From positions 1-64,000 of the forward strand of contig JANQHR010000021.1 of assembly GCA_028282585.1 (NCBI GenBank): a DNA stretch of 64,000 nucleotides, written 5' to 3'. Within the stretch, counting starts at the first letter, position 1. Every line of letters starts with the position of its first letter. Both the position numbers and the translations under genes were made by a program. The stretch comes from Bacteroidales bacterium (lineage in GTDB: Bacteria > Bacteroidota > Bacteroidia > Bacteroidales > UBA12077). This document shows, in pieces, positions 60,864-64,000 of the stretch. The notes below the pieces were generated by a model. That model was not told the origin of the DNA and did not search any database. It saw nothing but the letters and a program-made list of their open reading frames with translations.

Positions 60864-60902
60864 AAGAGGCTTCTATCACATAAAATGGAAGCCTCTTTTT
60901 TT
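60864..60902. terminator. Terminator between convergent abgT and the TonB-dependent receptor gene
   Basis: AAGAGGCTTCTAT...ATGGAAGCCTCTT followed by a T-tract. Confidence 0.85.
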
Positions 60903-60905
60903 ACT

Positions 60906-63275
60906 CTAGAACTGTATTGTATAAATTACTGTTGGAAAAATTGGTAACTGATAACCTTTTTCTACTTCCTGGCTAAAGTCGTCATAATATTCCATTACAA
61001 AGGCCTTGTTATTGGTTGCATTTTGAAAATCCAACTTAAATTCATGCGTTGTTTTTTCTCTGTTTCTGCGATAAGTTACAGCTAGGTTCATGATGAAAAT
61101 ATCATCTGCTTTTTTACCATAATAATCTGTCTCATCATACGCGGTGTATCCTTTAGCAGTTGATTCATCCAGATCGACCGGATTATATCGGTGGCCACCG
61201 ATATAAGAAACTTTTGTATTAAATCCGAGTGTCCTATTTTTAGAGGCTTTACCTACTTTCCACTCTTTACCAAATAAAACATTGGTTGCGTAATTTCCGT
61301 TAAATCTTGAGTTTCTTAATTCACCATCAAGAGCCTTAATTTTAGAATCATACAATGATCCCGTTACTAGGAAATAGTAATTATTGGAAAAAAATCGTTC
61401 CAGGGTAAGTTCTAAACCGTAATTATATCCTGTTCCTTCATTAACTAAATAGCGATTGGTATAACCACCTCTAATATTATTTAATGCAAACATACTATTA
61501 GGGTCGTTTTCGACTGCCAAATTATATAGGTATTGGTAGTAAACTTCGGCTTTTAAGTTTACGTTTTTGCTTATTCTGTTTGAATAACCGACTACATAGT
61601 GCATAGATTTTGATAATCCCAGATTTTCATTAGGAATGGTAATTTCTCCTGTTGTTTCATCCTCAACTGAAGCAAAATAAGTAGATATACTTTCCACTTT
61701 ACTATGGATTCCAAAACCAAAACTCAAGGATTGTTTCGGTGTAAATCTCCAGTCTAAACCTATTCTGGGCTCAATAGAACTGCTATTATTTAATAAAAAT
61801 TGCATATAATGTAAACCGGAAACTAAAGTTAAATCTTCTGAGATACGATATTTCCAATTAGCATAAGCTTGAATTAACCCTGCTCTTCCGTCGGTATCTA
61901 ATTCCGTAAAAAATGATCCGGAACCAAGAGCATCTTCTCGTGCAAACATATCGTAACCTAGGTCAGAATAAATTACACCAGCTTTAATTCTGTGTTTAGC
62001 ATTTATTTTAGTATTGATATTTGTTGAAGCACGTAAGTTTGTGTTCAAAAATTCATCATAATAAGCTAGATACCAATCACCATTATCATAACGTTTTTTA
62101 TATTCATTATCATTTCTGGTTCCTGAAGCGGAAACATAAGTTGTGATAAATGTTTTATCATTAACTGGGTATATATGTTTGATAGCTCCAAAACCAACAT
62201 CTGCACCAAAATCAGAAGTTCGCGTTAAAGAATCTTCATTTTCTTCTGCAAAATCTTCCTGGAATATACTGCTTATTCCACCAAAACCTAAGATTTGAAA
62301 AGTCCCTGCTTTTTTAGTTGGTAAATGAAATTTGAAAGCAATATCCTGGTATTTAGGTACACCGTAATAATCTACAATACCAGCTTGGTCTAAGAGGTCT
62401 AAAGAAGAGTATCTATAATTTATTAAGTATGATCCTTTATAATTCTTGCTAAAAGGTCCTTCAAGTGTTGCTTCCATACCGATTACTCCTAATGAAGCAG
62501 AGTATTCTCTTTTTTCGTTATTACCATTGCGTAATTTCATATCAAAAACACCAGAATAGGCATTACCATATTCCGGAGCAAATGCACCCGAAAAGAAATC
62601 AGAATTATTTAGCATTGCACTGTTTAGAGCATTAATGGGTCCTCCTGTTGATCCCTCATCAGCAAAGTGATTTGGATTTGGAATATCCATACCGTCTAAT
62701 TTCCATAATATTCCCTTTGGAGAATTTCCTCTTACTACAATATCATTGTTTCCCATAGCATCACCTGTAACACCGGCATATCCGGAAACCATTCTAGCCG
62801 GATCATTGAAAGAGCCGGCATATCTTTTTGTTTCTTCAACTGAAAAGGCTTTAGCACTAACCATGGCCATTTCATTTAATGGCTCAGATTTATGACCATT
62901 GGCTATAATTACAACATCTTCCAATTGTATTAATGATTCAGCTAACTCAATTTCAAGTACAATTTCTTTTCCTGAACCAACAAGGATATTGGGAATTACT
63001 TTTTCTTCATAACCAAGACACGTTACTTTAAGATCAACTCGACCAACATGAACATGATCTATTCTGAAGTAACCATCAACATCTGAACTTGTTCCCTGAA
63101 TCGGGTCACTATTTACAAGAATGATATTTGCTCCAACCAAAGGTGCTTTAGAGTCCTGGTCAATTATCTGACCACGAATAGTTTGTGTTTGCATGTTGGT
63201 ACTAGTTGCAAAACTTCCAACAGTAATTATTAATAGCAGTAAAGTTGCTGTTATTTTGTTTTTTAATTTTTTCAT
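60906..63275 (-). CDS. TonB-dependent receptor with N-terminal carboxypeptidase-regulatory-like domain
   Basis: Signal peptide, IRGQIID, DPARM, IVVRGNSP, NPNHF, EYGNA.SGVFD, YGLELTLE, terminal Phe. Confidence 0.92.
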   Translation of the reverse strand: MKKLKNKITATLLLLIITVGSFATSTNMQTQTIRGQIIDQDSKAPLVGANIILVNSDPIQGTSSDVDGYFRIDHVHVGRVDLKVTCLGYEEKVIPNILVGSGKEIVLEIELAESLIQLEDVVIIANGHKSEPLNEMAMVSAKAFSVEETKRYAGSFNDPARMVSGYAGVTGDAMGNNDIVVRGNSPKGILWKLDGMDIPNPNHFADEGSTGGPINALNSAMLNNSDFFSGAFAPEYGNAYSGVFDMKLRNGNNEKREYSASLGVIGMEATLEGPFSKNYKGSYLINYRYSSLDLLDQAGIVDYYGVPKYQDIAFKFHLPTKKAGTFQILGFGGISSIFQEDFAEENEDSLTRTSDFGADVGFGAIKHIYPVNDKTFITTYVSASGTRNDNEYKKRYDNGDWYLAYYDEFLNTNLRASTNINTKINAKHRIKAGVIYSDLGYDMFAREDALGSGSFFTELDTDGRAGLIQAYANWKYRISEDLTLVSGLHYMQFLLNNSSSIEPRIGLDWRFTPKQSLSFGFGIHSKVESISTYFASVEDETTGEITIPNENLGLSKSMHYVVGYSNRISKNVNLKAEVYYQYLYNLAVENDPNSMFALNNIRGGYTNRYLVNEGTGYNYGLELTLERFFSNNYYFLVTGSLYDSKIKALDGELRNSRFNGNYATNVLFGKEWKVGKASKNRTLGFNTKVSYIGGHRYNPVDLDESTAKGYTAYDETDYYGKKADDIFIMNLAVTYRRNREKTTHEFKLDFQNATNNKAFVMEYYDDFSQEVEKGYQLPIFPTVIYTIQF

Positions 63276-63473
63276 TTTCTTAATTATTAAATTTTTGATT
63301 TCTTGATTTACTCACTCACATGTGCCTTCGCGCGTGCCTGTTCGTGAACTTCCATGCCTTATTTCTAAACTAGTAGCTTATTAATTATTTGTTTTGTTTC
63401 ATTTGCTATTGATCTCTGTTTGCATGGAAGTTTCATGATTCCTAAAAATTTTATAGTTCGATATTTTATTTGA

Positions 63474-64000
63474 TTAAAATCTTATACCTGCTGTGAAACC
63501 TGGATACATTTTTACATTGGTTTCGGCATCATAAGTTTTGTTAAATGTATAATATGGTGAAATTGAAGATTTAAATGTATGTCCATCATTATCTTCCAAT
63601 TCAGAAACATTTACATTCCAGCTTGCACCTCCAAATACTTCTATATTTTCAGAAACTTTTTTTGATGCAGTTATCTGAAGTTTATTGTTTAGGTTTAGCA
63701 CTTCGGTAAACCACTCATCTTCATTAATGTGATAGGATAGAAGTTCGATCGCAACATTCCATTCTTCTTTCACCGGTATTATGGTTCCAATACCATAACC
63801 CCAACCCCAATAAATTTTATTATTGTGAATGCTTGAACCTACGGAAATAATGTTGTAGAACCTTTTAACTCCGGTTTTAAAGCTGAATACGCCATATAAA
63901 GTTTCGTTTGCACTAATTTCAAATGCTCTATAACCATTTCTTACAATACTAAAAACTCCTATTGGTATACCATTTTCTAAAGTGTCAACATAGTTAAAAG
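63474..64000 (-). CDS. C-terminal part of a probable outer membrane protein; start lies beyond the window
   Basis: Frame is open from the window edge: FNYVDTLENGIPIGVFSIVRNGY...FKTGVKRFYNI...GYGIG...YPGFTAGIRF; longer than the 99-aa track ORF. Confidence 0.8.
   Translation of the reverse strand, partial: FNYVDTLENGIPIGVFSIVRNGYRAFEISANETLYGVFSFKTGVKRFYNIISVGSSIHNNKIYWGWGYGIGTIIPVKEEWNVAIELLSYHINEDEWFTEVLNLNNKLQITASKKVSENIEVFGGASWNVNVSELEDNDGHTFKSSISPYYTFNKTYDAETNVKMYPGFTAGIRF

Noticed and set aside
1-64000. CRISPR arrays, tRNA/rRNA, IS elements, prophage or defence genes
   Set aside because: None recognised; intergenic gaps are short with no repeat-spacer pattern, and no transposase or integrase ORFs were seen

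Overview
AT-rich chromosomal segment from a Bacteroidota organism, judged by TAnnTTTG promoters, upxY, gldA and long-form ispG. It is probably origin-proximal: positions 1-588 hold an AT-rich tract with about 10 TGTTAATAA-like boxes, and a perfect parS 16-mer lies at 5405-5420. The left part has rpiB-rrf2, vanZ, and an operon led by a ~1390-aa protein (MggS-like GT4 glycosyltransferase + unknown middle region + NAGPA-type phosphodiester glycosidase) followed by hemW, a soluble multi-PAS kinase and a lone receiver. That operon converges on a stand-alone MggS-like GT4. Next come a rhodanese, lapA, a hybrid kinase, a TetR-TolC-MFP-RND efflux operon and an NAD(P)H oxidoreductase. The middle (23677-54575, minus strand) is a ~31-kb Wzy-dependent capsule/EPS locus: upxY, wza, wzc, legionaminic-acid-type genes, a second divergent NeuB with an SpsF-type cytidylyltransferase, TylF methyltransferase, sulfotransferase, two AsnB-like proteins, ATP-grasp, FemAB-like, DUF354, deacetylase-like, phosphoglycosyl transferase and wzi. 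The right part has metK, gldA, ispG, abgT, a TonB-dependent receptor and a truncated outer-membrane protein. The best candidate for an undescribed system is the GT4-phosphodiester glycosidase fusion with its MggS-like partner. Protein calls rest on motif recognition by eye; no database searches were run.
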